A stretch of DNA of 64,000 nt from the human T2T-CHM13v2.0 reference genome, Homo sapiens, in assembly GCF_009914755.1 (NCBI RefSeq), contig NC_060926.1. One strand, written 5' to 3'. Positions 30,310 through 44,764 of the stretch are shown in pieces; positions within the stretch are counted from its first letter, which is position 1; every line of letters starts with the position of its first letter. A model generated the notes under the pieces. That model ran no database searches. It saw nothing but the letters and a program-made list of their open reading frames with translations, and was not told where the DNA came from. Position numbers and translations under genes: made by a program.

Positions 30310-31296
30310 TCTAAAGCACATCTCAATAAAAACAAATTCTTGTTTTGGAAGGAAAACGCAAATTTTTTGAATACTTAAACAGCATTTGATATTTTTTAAT
30401 AAATAGGAAACAGTCAAAAATTAAAGAAAAACAAGAGGTATTTACATTTTGATCCCAAAATATATGATACAAATAAAATTCACATGTATTGTGATAAAGG
30501 TTGTACAGAGGAGAATTTTATTAAAATAGAGTGTTGTTGTGGTCACGTTCCAGAGAGGGAAGGCCTGATTATGGTCCTAACACCTGGGAGTTTCTCAGTA
30601 CATTTTAATTGGATGGATGGATGGATGAATGGACAGACAGACGGATGGATGGGCCAATTTGCAGAAACATAACTGGTCTCTCACTAGCCAAAACCATGAA
30701 AGGACACTGGGAGTAGCCAATGCATTCTCATCACATGTCCTTGGTTACCATATAATCTCTATGACAATAGCGATTTTGTCTTTTTTTATTCACAGATGTA
30801 TCCCCAGTGCCATCGTAGTGCCTGGAATGTATTAAGTTCTCAATATATATTGGTTGGGTAAATGAACATATAGAAGATACTTTGGGATCTTTTGAATGTA
30901 AATCAAGTATATTTAATAGGGGATATGAAAGGAGACTAACTTTGACTATAAGTGAGGGCGTGGAAGAAGGAAGAATGAGGGATAACTGGCCTTGGGAAAA
31001 GTGGAGAGAAACTGACACTTTGATCACATGTAGGATATCAAGTCACTTAATTCTTACCATGATTTAGTAAGGAAATTAATATTTTCATTGTGCAGGAAAA
31101 AAAGTGAATCAATTTAAGTAATTATGCAAAGTCACAAGGCTAGTAAGTGGCAGAACCAGTTTGTTGACTCCAGTGTGTGTCCCTTCTCCCTAGTGACACT
31201 CCAGCTTAGCTACCTTTGGACTTCTCTGCTCTTCTACTAAGAATTCTCTTATTATAAGAATTATCTTATAATAAAAATTTTTTAACTATACACTTT

Positions 31297-31655
31297 TGTA
31301 TTAGTCCATTCTCAAGCTGCTAAGAAGAAATACCTGAGACTGGGTAATTTATAAAGAAAAGAGGAGATTAATTGATTTGCATTTCCGCATGGTTGGGGAG
31401 GCCTCAGGAAATTTACACTCATAGCAGAAGGCACCTCTTCACAGGGCAGCAGGAGACAGAAGGAGTACTGAGCAAAGGGGGAAGCCCCTTATATAACCAT
31501 CAAATCTCCTGAGAACTCACTCACTGTCACAAGAACGGCATAGGGGAAACCACCTCCATGATTCAATTATCTCCACCTGGTCCCACCCTTGACATGTGGA
31601 GATTATTACAATTCAAGGTGAGATTTGGGTGGGGACACAGAGCCAAACCATATCA
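31297..31655 (-). mobile_element. THE1/MST solo LTR
   Basis: tgtattagtccattctc...gagactgggtaatttataaag...ggggacacagagccaaaccatatca. Confidence 0.9.
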
Positions 31656-32368
31656 GCCCTCCTTTTTTTTTTTAACATCTTAAAACTTTCATCTTCTCTT
31701 TTAATAGCTACAAAGAATATAATTTCTGGAGTATTATAAATGATGACCTTTAAAATAAAACTACTACAGCATTATTTTAGATGCATCCAATAAATCATAA
31801 TGTCACAGCAGTCTGATTTTTACCAGCATCAGCTTAAAATAAATGCACACAAGCTCTTTAACAGGAATTTTACATTGCTATTTTTAAAATTCATATTTCC
31901 ATTCCATTCCCCCACATATATCCTAATGCAATGTATTTCCATACTTGAAAATATATTGATCACATTATTATATTTCTCTGCAACAAAATACTTATGATTA
32001 TGTCTCTAATTCTTAAAATTTTTTCCAAAATTGGCTTTCATTATAATTATTAGTAGTATATAATTCATCAAAAACATAAATTTTAATCTTGATAAACAAT
32101 TATTGAATATCAAAAGTAAAATTTTGTGGGAAATATAGTTGTTAGTGAATGAATTGGGCCTTTTTATTTCGTATCAGCTTATGTAGCTCAAGATCAACGA
32201 TCCTTTCTACTGAAATGAGACAGGTTCAGCAACAATCCTATTCCATTTTAGTTTCCAAAACTGTAGGTACTAATAAAATTTATTCAACATAAACAAGAAG
32301 TTGTGAATGAAAAAAATGTGCTACACAAATATCACTCAATTCTTTTAACTTCTCTTGAGTAGTAAACT

Positions 32369-32736
32369 GCCATGGTCTGAATGTTTGTGTCCTGCACCTC
32401 CAATTCGTAGGTTGCAACTTAACCCCCAATGTGTTGGTATTAAGAGGTGAGGCATCTGGGACGCAATTAGGTCATGAGGATTGAGCCCTCCAGAATGAGG
32501 TGAGTGCCCTTACAGAAGAGACCTGAAAGAGCTTGTTTGCCCCTTCCTTCCACCATGTGAGGATGCAGCAAGAAGGCACCATCTGTAAAGCAGAAAGCAG
32601 CCTGCACCAGACACTGAATCTGCTGGTGCCTTGGCATTGCACTTCCCAGCCTCCAGCACTGTGAGCAATAAACCTCTGTTGTTCATAAATCACCCAGTCT
32701 TAGGTATTTTGTTGTAGCAGCCTGAATGAACTAACA
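32369..32736 (+). mobile_element. MLT1A-type solo LTR
   Basis: tgccatggtctgaatgtttgtgtcc...cttcccagcctccag...ttttgttgtagcagcctgaatgaactaa. Confidence 0.85.
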
Positions 32737-33655
32737 TATATACCAAGAGTGAGATACTAATTTATCATCTAGAATTAATTTGAATGATTTCCAGGCTGAC
32801 AAGTCCTCCCTCCATTATGATGAAAACAAAAAGTTGGAAACTCCCTGACCCAGGAGTTGTGGAGCTGGCAGGTTCCTGTTCTTGACACCAGCCAATGCAC
32901 TGGCCCTCATTCAGCCCCCAGACAGTTCTTACACCCTGGGACAAAGCAGGGTGGTAATATTTGGGAAAAATTGGTGGTTGAGGGGTTGCCTTTCTTTTGA
33001 AAAGCAGGGCAATTGTGAAAGAGGAAGTGAAAACTTGGAAGAAACACCCATTTTTGGATAGAGCAATTCTACAAAAGGATATACATGACAATTGAGAATC
33101 TGGAAATGGAATCCTTTAGTGAATTTTCCAAGTTGCTTGCATAACTCCTGAGAATCTTTTTGTCTCCCAAGGGTCCATGTGCTTCAGTTTGAAGATCTCT
33201 GTCTTGAATGAGCTGCTAAAGGTTAAAAACTGCCCTTTTCACTGTTTCACCAGAAGCAGGCCTTAAAACAAGCCACAAAAGAGTTGCAGAGACTTTTATG
33301 ACTGTTCTCCTGCCTAAGATGCAACTGCTAGATCACAGCTGAGCAGAGCCTCCATCTTGCTGTTGGCCTGACACTGTAAACAGCAGTGTGCCTGGCGCTT
33401 TGCAGTTCGCAAAGTACAGCCACATGTTGTCCGCAACAATCTAAGAGGGTTTTCTTTGTTGCAACCACCTGTGTTAAGAGCACAAAATATTTTGTTTCAA
33501 CAAAGCTTTTGACTGCACCAAACAAAAATACCCCATCACTCAGAAGAGCATTCCACTCATCTACCTTCCCACGAATGAATAGGTGTCATCATGTGGGAAT
33601 AGACGAAGCAGTGTGTTTCTGTTCGACTCTATCACTATCACCAAAAAAAATTACT

Positions 33656-34027
33656 TGTATTTAGTCTGTTCTCACACTGCTAATAAATACACACCTGAGA
33701 CTGGGTAATTTGTAAAGGAAAGGGGTTAATTGACTCACAGTTCCACATGGCTAGGGAGGCCTCACAATCATGATGGAAGGTGAATGAGGAGCAAAGTTAT
33801 ATCTTACATGGTGGCAGGCAAGAGAGAATGAGAGCCAAGCGAAAAGGAAAATCCCTTATAAAATCACCAGATCTCATGAGACTTATTCACCACCACAAGA
33901 ACAGTATGGGGCAAATCACCCCCATTGATTCAATTATCTCCCACTGGGTCCCTCTCAGGAGACTTGGGAATTATGGGAGCTACAATTTAAAATGAGGTTT
34001 GGGTGGAGACACAGCCAAACCATATCA
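33656..34027 (-). mobile_element. THE1 solo LTR
   Basis: tgtatttagtctgttctcacactgct...gacacagccaaaccatatca. Confidence 0.9.
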
Positions 34028-36779
34028 TAACAGCAACAAGCCAAAGTGTTATAGCACTAACATTGCAGACAACAGTTTTAGAAGATTCCCTCTACAGGAA
34101 ACTTCTGCAGAGGTGCTGTGCCTTTTAAAGGGCATTATTTTGCTAACTGTTATTCTCAAGAAGGGAGCATTCTCTACAGTTGTGTCAGAGCCCCACCTTC
34201 AGCTCAGCTATGTGGAAGCATGACCAGGTTTTCTATCACCTGATTTTGTCTCCCCAGCCACACGGAAAGGCTCGAGATAAGCCACTGACCCAAAGCAGCC
34301 CAACCCAGAACTTGGCTGAGTGACAGAGAACTGACTCTGGGATGAGGATAGTACAGACAGAATGTGGATCACTCCTCTAGGAGAGTTGAAATTAGGAAAC
34401 CGAGACAGGAGAGAAAGAGAGAGATGAAGAAAGAAAAATGCATCAGGAGATACCCTGACCGTAGAATTGGACATTAGATGGCTGAGGCAGGCCAAAGTGA
34501 AGGGCAAAACTGAATATAGAGAAAATGGACACACTGAGTAAGCATGAAAACCTGTTTCAAAAGAGGAAAATGCAAAAAGAGAAGGACAGATGGTTTCATG
34601 AAAGGATAAATGATCAGCTTACTCCTGAGAGCTGCCCCATTCCTGACATAAAGTCTTACGTCAATTTACTTGAGCAAACTGACCTCTGCAGCCCAGTTGG
34701 ACAGAAGGCACGGCCCCACCCTTCACAGCTGGGTCCAAAGCTCCACCACCACAAGAAGCAGCTCACTTCCTCCTCCTCCTCTCTTCCAAGAGGGAAATGG
34801 AACATAAGCACCCTGGGCCTTTGACGTCCACCTTGCTCACCAACCCAAGTAAGATCCACAACCTCTTTCCCAGCGGCAGTAATTTCCAGCATGTACATTC
34901 AGCAAATACCATTTTGTTATCCTCCTCTAATTCCGTGAGGCTTTTTTCTCCCCCCTTCACTCCTTTATGAAAATTCCTGGACTCCAATTCCCCTGGGACT
35001 TCTTATGAGTCTCTGCCCAATGCTTTCCAAATGACAGGTTTGGGAACAAGATCTGAGATCTTCCAAATCATTATCTCTACCACAGGGAATTTATTTTCTC
35101 AGCAACCCAATCTTGAAAACAAATACACCCTGCTGGGGTTCTCATCGAATGGGGGAGGAGAAATGTCTAAGATTGGGGGACCAGATAAACAGAACACTGA
35201 GTATTGGATGCTTCCAGTCACAGAAAGGTAACAGAAGCCTAAAAATGTTTTCTCCTCTTCCAAAGTAACATTAAATCTTTGATTTCTGTTTAATGATAAT
35301 TTTTTATTGGTTCAGTAAAATAATTTACTACTAACTCACTGACTGCACATATTTTCCTTTTTGGCCTTTCGACACTGAGCCATCTGAATACTCTCTTTCC
35401 AAAATAATTTTTGTGATTGCTTGAACACCTGTTTCTATATACATTTCTCTTTCTAAAACAGAATTCTCGAATATTCAGCTTTTGTAGAGAAATAAGCAGA
35501 GGATCTCAGAGGTCATGAAAGTGTTCCCAGAAAAAGAATGACATGTCTTATTCACATCCATCTACCTGGACACCTCCTTTGGAGGGCTACATTTTTTTCT
35601 GTTCAGAGTCAACCTAACCATTTCCCAACATACAAGCTGGTTACTTGGTTTTGCTCTTTCTAAAATCCCACCTTTTGGGGTTGACCCTACCTTCAGACTT
35701 TCAAAGAATTTAGGTTGGTTTGAGCTCTTTAGCAAAACAGTCACTCTCATCCCACATCCCAAGGTTTTCAAAGTGGGTCATGAGTCTATGTGGTCCATGG
35801 ACCACCGGAATGTGGATGGAGCTTCATGTTTTCTGAGAAGCAGCAAGGAAAACTGGACAATTACTCAACTAAATTCTTGAGAATGACTCGGAGTTCCAAC
35901 TTGATCAGAATGTGCTGGACTATGGCCAAGCCCACCCCCACCTTTCCTTCCCTCCAGATTCAGCTGAACTGTTTGAGACTGCTGCAGAGTCCTCAGTTGA
36001 CACTGGAGTTGAGTTTGTTAGTGCAATTGGACCAGATCTCAGTTCACCCACCATCTGGCAATATAGGCTTTTATTATCATTTTCCCCTTGAGGTCTCCTC
36101 CCAATATCAACAGAAAATTTGACAGCAACCATAATAATGTCACTTCTCGGAACCACAAGAAGGTAATACATGTTCCAAAATTATACAACTGACTTTCCAA
36201 ATCAGAGGAGCCCTTTGCCTCCAAGTTAAGAATGACATCTTGATTCAGAGTATTGTCAAGTCTCTTGCCAAAACCACTAATCCCCCACATTTGTTTTGCT
36301 TTATGATTTTCCCCATAAGTAGGGCTGGAGACTCTATCTGAATTCTCTGGACCTTTCAGACCTCCTGGAATTGCCTTGGGCGTGAACTCCAGCGGTAATA
36401 CTCAACAATTCCACTAGGCAGGGTCCACTCCCAAATACAATGTGAGGCTAGCATTTGCCTTCGATGACTTCTCACCTCTGCTGCCACTGCCCCTACATGG
36501 AAACCATCTGCCTCCCTCCATTGCTATCTCGGTGCTCATGGTTACTGAATAAAAGTAGAGCTTTGAAGTTAAGAAGATTTGTGTTCAGATCTTGATGACT
36601 CCCATCATATAAGTAATTAATTAATTATGCAACTAAAAATTACACTTCGCCATGTAATCCTTAGCAAGTTTGTAGCCCCTGTGAACACTTCATTTCTCAG
36701 TGTGTAAATTAATACCTAACAGACTTAAATGAGTAGGACTTGGTGCCTACCGCAATGCCTGGCATGTAGGAGCAGCTCA

Positions 36780-37168
<389 letters not shown>

Positions 37169-37399
37169 GTGAAAACCAGGGCACACCAGGCAGACCCCAG
37201 GAAGCAGATAAGACTTGATTTAGGAAGGAAGGAAGATCTCGGGAAATGGAAAAAAAAAATAGGAATAAGCTATGACAGTACCTTATAAAGTATCTTTTAA
37301 ACATCAGGAGAGAAAAATTACAAGGGATAAATTTTTCAGTTAGTTAGAAGGAGATATACAGAAGGACAATTCTAGGTAGAATCACAGTCAGCATAAATT

Positions 37400-40250
37400 C
37401 ACTCTGAGAATAAAAGACTGGAAAAAGATATACCACACAAACAGTCAGCATAGGAAACCTATAATGGATATATTAACAGCACATAAAAAAGACTTCAGGA
37501 TAGGCAGTGACCCTTGATAATGATTTAAAAATTAATATTGCAGGAAGCTATAAATATTAATATATGTGCTTAACAACAGAACTTCAAATTAGATGAAGGA
37601 AAAACTGCAAAATTGAAGGAAAAAATAGACAAATCCTAAAATATAATTGGGAATTAATAATCTTCTCTTGGTTATTGATAGAACAAAGTATAATACCAGT
37701 TAAGACACAGAAGATCTGAACAACACTATCAACCATCTTTACTTAATTTAATATATACTAGGACACTATACCAAGCCATAATAGTATATATTCTTTTCAA
37801 ATGGACATGGCATATCCACCAAAATAGATCATATGCTGGATCATAAAACAAGTTTCAACACATTTCAAAAGACTGAAATCTTGCAGATAATTACACTAGA
37901 ATTCAATGGTAAGCCATCTAGGAAAGTCCCAAATATTTGGAAATTAAACAGCACACTTCCAAATAACCCATGAGTCAAGGAAGAAATCAGAAAATGTTTT
38001 GAGCTGAATGATAATAAAAACACAACATATCAAAATTTATAGGATGCAACTAACCCAGTGCAGAAAAGGATCTTCTAGGTATAAAATTTCCTATTAGAAA
38101 AGAAAAAAATCAAGAATCAATTACCTAAGCTTCTATCTTAGAAAACTAGGAAAAGAACAAATTAAACCTGAAGCAAAATGAAGAAAATAATAAATATTAA
38201 AGAGGAAATTAACCAAGGAGAAAGCATTCAAACAGTAGAGAAAAATCAATGAAACCCAACATTAGTAGTTGGTTCTGTATACAACTGATAAACCTGAAAA
38301 CTTGGGAATATTAAAAATGACAATATGACAGTATTAAATGACAAAGGGGATTAAAAAGATAATTAGAGAATCTTCTTATAATTATATGTCAATAAATTTA
38401 ACAATGTAGAGGAAATAAATAATTTTGTGAAAGACATCAATTATCAAAACTGACATAAGAAACAATAGAAAATTTAAATGGCCCTATAGCAATTAAATTT
38501 ATAATTAATGAATTTTGTAAGTAAAAACCTTCCCCAAAGAAAACTTCAGGGCTAGGTGGCTTTACTAGTGAATTCTATCAAACATTTAATGAAAAAATAA
38601 TACCAGTTTTTTTATATCCTCTTTCTGAATATAGAAAAAAAGAGAGTGCTGGCCAACTTATTTTATGAGGCTAGCATTATTCAGATACCAAAACTGACAA
38701 AGATATTACAGGAAAACTACAGAACAATATATCTTGTGAATATAAACATGACTCTCCTTAACATAATATTAACAAATAAAATCCATATATATGTAAATGC
38801 AAATGACCTAGAATAGCCTAAGCAATTTTTATAAAAAGCAACAAAGTTGAAGGACTTACACTAGTCTTGCTAAAAAACTAGTCATAAGAATGATGGTAAA
38901 TGAATAGACATGTAGATAAATGGAACCAAAAGACTCAAACATGATGATCAATTGATTTTTCACAAAGGTGCCATGGCAATCATGGCAATTTAGTGGGGGA
39001 AAAAGTCTTTTCAACAACTGGTGCCACAACAAGTGGATATTCACATGGAAAAAAAATTTAATGAATCCTTATCTCATACCATACCCAGAAATTAACTTAA
39101 AAGAGATCATTGAGGTAAAAGTAACAATACTACACAAGAAGAAAACATAGGAGAAAATTTCTGCAATTTTGGCATAGGTATAGAGTTCTCAGGTAACAAG
39201 AAAAGCACAAATCACAAAAGAAAAAAATTATAAATTATATTCCATCAAAATAAAAACTTTTGCTTCTTAAAAATAATAAGAAAATGAAAAGACAATTCTC
39301 AGAATGGGAGAAAATACTCACAATACTTGTATCTAACATTGATCTTGTATCCACAATATATAAATAACTCTTACTATTCAACAATAAGAAGATAAAAAGC
39401 CAAATTTTAAGCGGAAAAAAGATTTGAATAGGCACTTCACAAAAGAAGCTACATGAATGTTCAATAAGTACATTAAAAGATATTCAACATCGTTAGTTAT
39501 TGGAGAAATGCAAACCACTCTGGGATACTTCTGTATAAACATTAGGATGGCTAAAATTAAAAAATTAACAGCAAAATAAATATATGGAGCAACTGGAACT
39601 CCTATGCATGGTATTCTACCTTGCATTGAGAAGGTAGAATAAAACCACTTTGGAAAACTATTTCTTTTATAATTAAATGTACATCTACCATATGACCTAA
39701 CCATTTCATTCCTAGGTATTTACTTAAGAGAAATGAAAATGCATGCCCACAAAAAGACTTGTAGAAAAATATTCATAGTAGCTTGATTTGTAGTAGCCCC
39801 AAACTGGAAACAATCCAAATTCCCAAAAATAGGTAAATGGACTTTTTTTCAAAGTGTGATCTCCACACAATGGACTACTACTCAGCAATAGAAAATAACA
39901 AACTCCTAATCTACACAACATGGATGAATCTGAATATTGCTATGCAGAGTCAGAGAAGCCAGATGTAAGATAGTATACACGGTATAATTCCGTCAACACA
40001 AAATTCTAGAAAATGCCAACTAAAATGAAGTCTACAGTGACAGAAAGCAGATCAGTAGTGGTCTGAGGATGGGGTTTGGAAAGAGGGATGGATAGCAAAG
40101 AGGCAGAAAGAAACTTCTGGGAGTGATAGAAAAATACTGCAGCTTGATGGGCAGTGGTGGTTTCATAGGGTGGATGCATAGGCAAAACTTTTTTAATTCC
40201 ATGCTTTAAGTGGATGCAATTTATGGAACATAGATTATACCTCAAGAAAT
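37400..40250 (+). mobile_element. Degraded L1M element (ORF2 remnants and 3' end), internally deleted
   Basis: A-rich L1 motifs (ggaaattaaacagcacacttccaaataacccatgagtcaag; ctagtgaattctatcaaacattta; cttttcaacaactggtgc); no long ORF. Confidence 0.88.
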
Positions 40251-40270
40251 ATACTTTTTAGATTCCCTAA

Positions 40271-40633
40271 TGATATGGTTTGACTTTGTGTCCCCACCTA
40301 AATCTCATCTTGAATTGTAATCACATAATCCCCATATGTCATGGGAGGGACCCAGTGGGAGGTAATTGAATCATGGGGGTGGTTTCCCACATGCTATTCT
40401 CATGATACTGAGTGAGTTCTCATGAGATCTGATGGTTTTACAAGGGGCTTCCCCCTTCGCTCAGCACTCATTCTCTCTCCTGCTGCCCTGTGAAGAGGTG
40501 CCTTCCACCATGATTGTAAGTTTCCTGAGGCCTCCCCAGCCATGCAGAATTGTGAGTCAATTAAGCCTCTTTTCTTTATAAATTACCCAGTCTCAGGTGA
40601 TTCTTCATGGCAGTATGAGAACAGACTAATACA
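40271..40633 (+). mobile_element. THE1 solo LTR with 5-bp TSD c(c/t)taa
   Basis: tgatatggtttg...gtgtccccacc...acagactaataca. Confidence 0.92.
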
Positions 40634-41029
40634 CTTAACAAATAATCTCTGAACATTCCCTCAAAGGCTTTGTAATATAGAACAACAAATCACCACATAT
40701 TATTTCTGTGCTATATAATAAAGTTCTGGACAAAGGTGTTCACAGGGACCATGCTCTTTAATCCTTGACCTAGATCTTAAAGCACAGGTAGTTGTAGAAG
40801 ACAGACCAAGAAGGAGGTCCCTGTGGGCAGAGGCAATAGTAAATACGAAGGTGTGAGGTGAGGAAGTCTGTATAGTGAACCAGAGAAATCATAAAAAGCT
40901 TGGGATGACACAAGAGATAAAACAAAAATGTTGACTTGAGACCACACTATTCTATTCCAAGAAATGTGAAATCAGTTGTGAAGTTAAAGGGGAACTTCTG
41001 GAAGCTTTTAAACAAACAAGTGGCACGAT

Positions 41030-41440
41030 GTGTGTGATGAGTATTACTGACATTTGCCACCTGTTTCCCACTCTTTCCAGGCATGTGGTAGATTTCATTT
41101 CCCTGCCCCTTACAGAATAAAGCATGATCACGTGATCCACTTAGCCAGTGAAATGTGAGTAGAAGTAGCCTGTGTCACATCTAGGAGGAAGGTTGAAGGG
41201 TAGTTTTACTTTAGCACATTCTCTTCCCCTTCTGAGGTGATTAGAGAAGATGTTGAGAGGGAATTTCCAGGAGGTCCCTGAGTGGCTACAATAAACAGAG
41301 GACCCCCACCCCATTCCCACCTCCCCATGTCCCGTGATGAATATGTAGTAGAAATGATAAGAAAACTTCCATAATGATAAGCCTCTGGACTGGGGGGATT
41401 GTTTGTAACTGCCTCTAAAGTCACCTGTCCTTGCTAGCAT
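41030..41440 (+). mobile_element. Old MLT1 (J/K-like) LTR
   Basis: ggtagatttcatttccctgcccc...gccagtgaaatgtgagtagaagt...gggggattgtttgtaactgc. Confidence 0.65.
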
Positions 41441-42389
41441 AATTTGCAATTTTAATTGGTAACTCTGATAATTACATAGAAGATGAGTTTCAGAGTAGAA
41501 AGCCTGCAGGACAGAAAACTAGCTAGATAGCTACCATAATCCACAGATGATAGTGCAAGGCAGGAGCCACGAACTTAGAGAAGCAGAAGAGGAGTCCAGA
41601 GATGCAATGGCAAGAAATGATATGAGTTGGTAATCACTCAGATTCTAAAAGCACCCAAGAGCCTAATTGTTTCAGAGGTATGGAAAAGAGAAAGTTCTTA
41701 AAAGGAAAAGGATGGCTAAGAGGGGAGATGAAATGAAACAAGATTAATGAAGCAGCTGTGGGCAGCATAAGAGGTGTATCTTGTATCTCATTAAAAGTAG
41801 AGGCTCGTCCCTCTACAATGAAGGCTAGAGGTAGATCATGAACTTAGGAAGAAACCAGACTAAGTGTGAATGCTGGGTGAATTTGACAAGTCATTCAACT
41901 TCATTTGTGCTTTCATTAATTCATTCAGGAAACAGTAACAGCCTCACTCATTCATTCAACATCAGTAAAGAACACAAAAATGGCCCCTGCCCTAATGGGG
42001 CTTACATTGAAATGTAGTGAAGCAGACACAACTATTTAAACAGTGTGTAGAAAACGGACATGATACTGTGAAAACAAATTACATAGGACTTGTCAAAGAC
42101 AATAACCACTCATTTTGTTTAAAACTCCTACATGGCATCAAAGTAAAAAAATAGAGACCTCTGTGTCCTTTGAATGTACGAAAAGAACCATCCTCCTTTC
42201 CTCTTGCTGTTTTACATTTAAAGAACCAACTGTGAAAAATCAACTCTCTTGACCCAAAGACAATTTTTTTAACAATCAAGCCTTCCAGTTAATTAACACC
42301 ACCTGTTTGTTTGACAGGTGAGCCTGTCAAACATTGTTCTAAATGTGGCAGGTGGGGAATAGGTGGTTAAATGTGGCTTTTAGATAAGC

Positions 42390-42560
42390 AACTTCTCAGA
42401 GTTTTAAGTACCAGGTGCATACGAATCACCTGGAGATCTTGGTGAATGTGGGATCTGATTCAGTGGATCCAGAGTGAGACCAGAGACTCTACATTTCCAG
42501 CAAGCTCCCAGGGAGGCCAATGCTGCTGGTCCCAAGGGATGCCAAGGCAAGGTTCTAGAG
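42390..42560. mobile_element. MER5A-like hAT-Charlie element
   Basis: gaatcacctggagatcttg...ctgattcagtgg...catttccagcaagctcccagg...atgctgctggtcc. Confidence 0.8.
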
Positions 42561-44764
42561 GCCTTGGAAGTGTATTAACCTCAAGGGAGTTCATAGGCTA
42601 TGCTTGCCTCCAGCCATTTTAGTACTGAGCTCAGAAGAGCATCTCTACCACGTGCCACCATTTCTCATCAGGGCCACCTATTTTCCTTTGTACAAAAAAA
42701 AAAAAAGAATCAAATTTCACTATGTGACTACTGTGTGAAGATTCTGCACAAAGGGTTTTTGCTATCTCATTAGATTCCAACAACTCCCTGAGGTGGGTAT
42801 GGTGAGTATGTCTATTTTATAGAAGGAAGACTCCAGCCCAGAGAGGTTAGGTCACACTAGTAAGTATGGAAAGGATTCAAAACTCCAGAGTCTACTCCAG
42901 AGGTCAAGCTCTCCAGCATTGCCTCTTTCTTGCTGTATTTACATCACAAGTTTCTTTCCAGCTCTGTATCTGCAACAGAAATGACTTGCAGTTGACTATT
43001 ACTTCCTGTTCCAAAATTGATAAAACCAAGTCTAGTCCTCCAACAAAATGACTTGGTTTCAGGAAAAGGCAATTAAAATTCAAATTGAGGAATCTTCTGG
43101 AATTTGGCAAAGAGAAGCATTTAACATTAGCATTGAGATTTTTTTGTTTGTACTTTTTAAAATTAAATACTGTCAGTTTGTGAAACATAATCATGTGACT
43201 CTCAGAACTCTTGGACACTGTCACCTCATCAACAGAACACCTACCGTTTCATTCCACAAGAGTGGCAGAAGTTTCCAGAAGAACCTTCCCTACCAATGGA
43301 AAGAAGCTACTGCATACCACACAGCAACATCTGCGATATGGTCATAAATTCCGCAGTGTTCCCAAGTTGTAATGAAGAGTTTAATATATGTGCTTTTTAT
43401 TATTCTACTAAGAATATATCCTAATTCAACATGTGCGTGAAATTTTCACATGTTCGTGAAAACAGGAGCTCTCATACTTGATTGTGCATGGGAATGTACA
43501 GGAAATTTTAAAACAGCTAGAGAGTCTGATAAAATTGGCTTGGAATGGTCTGGGTAGCAACATTGTTTTATCCTCCCAAAGATTCTAATGCACAACGATA
43601 GTTGAGAATCACTGGCATAAAAGACAGAAAGAAGACTGTAAGATTCATGCTATAGTCAAAATAAAAAGAATGGGAGGAGTGTCTTCATTCACTGTTAGGG
43701 TTTTGCCTACCTGCATGGCTACAAAGTTCTAAGATACCAATAGATCCCAAATTTAACTGCAAGCAAGTGGTTCCCTAAAATCAGTGACCAACTGCATGAT
43801 CATACTTGGTGTCTGAAGCCAATTGCAGCAAATATCAGCAACACTGTTCCAAAGCAAAGATTCTTAACCTGAGGATGGAATTCAGGTGATCTGTATAGGA
43901 AACTCACATAGGAAAATAAGTTGCATCTTTACTTTTAGTAACATGTCACAGAAGTTCAACATGTCCTTCCCTTATGAGCACAGGCAACAGAGCACAGTAG
44001 TATTGGCAGTTCTTGATAATTTGCACCCACCGGTATTTTCATGTCACATTTCAGTTTGGGCTATTATCTCAAAATACCATTTGCAGACATCACTACTTTG
44101 ACATTACTGTTGCTTAATCGGCCTGCTGTTAAATCAAGCTATTTAATGCAATAATGATGATGCACCTGTGTTAGTTACTATATCACGACTTGAGGACTTC
44201 CATAATTGCATTCCAATAAAACTGATTCTGATTTAATTGTATTTTATGCATTTCACAACATTCTTCTGAGAAACAGTCTAATTGCTTTACCAGAGCCAGT
44301 GTGGTCCGTAGCACAGGAAACGGCGAGAGCCGGCTGGAGGACCGTGCCCTGGCACATTTGCATCGCAGGCCACCCCCAGGAAGAGCGCACCCTGACCAGA
44401 GCTGAGTCTTGTTTTGCCCTGCATTTCCGCAGATAAGATTTGGCCTGAAAAGCAGTTCAACTCAGCGGAGAATAAGATGGGCTTTCTCTTTCTCCTCAGC
44501 TGCCTCTTTCTCTTGGCATTTTGGAGTGCCCCGACTGCCAGGCCGGTAACTCGAGCCTCCAAATTAATCAAAACACACAGCACCCAGTTAAAGCCCAGGC
44601 AGACAAGCCCAGGAGCCAGACGCGCTCTCCTCTGGTGACCCCCGGGCCACAACTCCCCAGCTGGGCCCGCCACCACCCCTTGAATGCCACGCTCCCTCCA
44701 CTGCCCCTCCCAGGCAGGTGCCGGGGCCCCGGGACAGCGGTTGCCCCACCTATGGGCGCCTTAC

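Noticed and set aside
33340-33370. CTCF-like motif (ccaacagcaagatggaggc on the minus strand)
   Set aside because: Several mismatches to the core consensus; cannot be supported without a PWM score or ChIP data.
43428-43460. Imperfect palindrome aacatgtg...cacatgtt
   Set aside because: Short and interrupted; within chance expectation for 64 kb.
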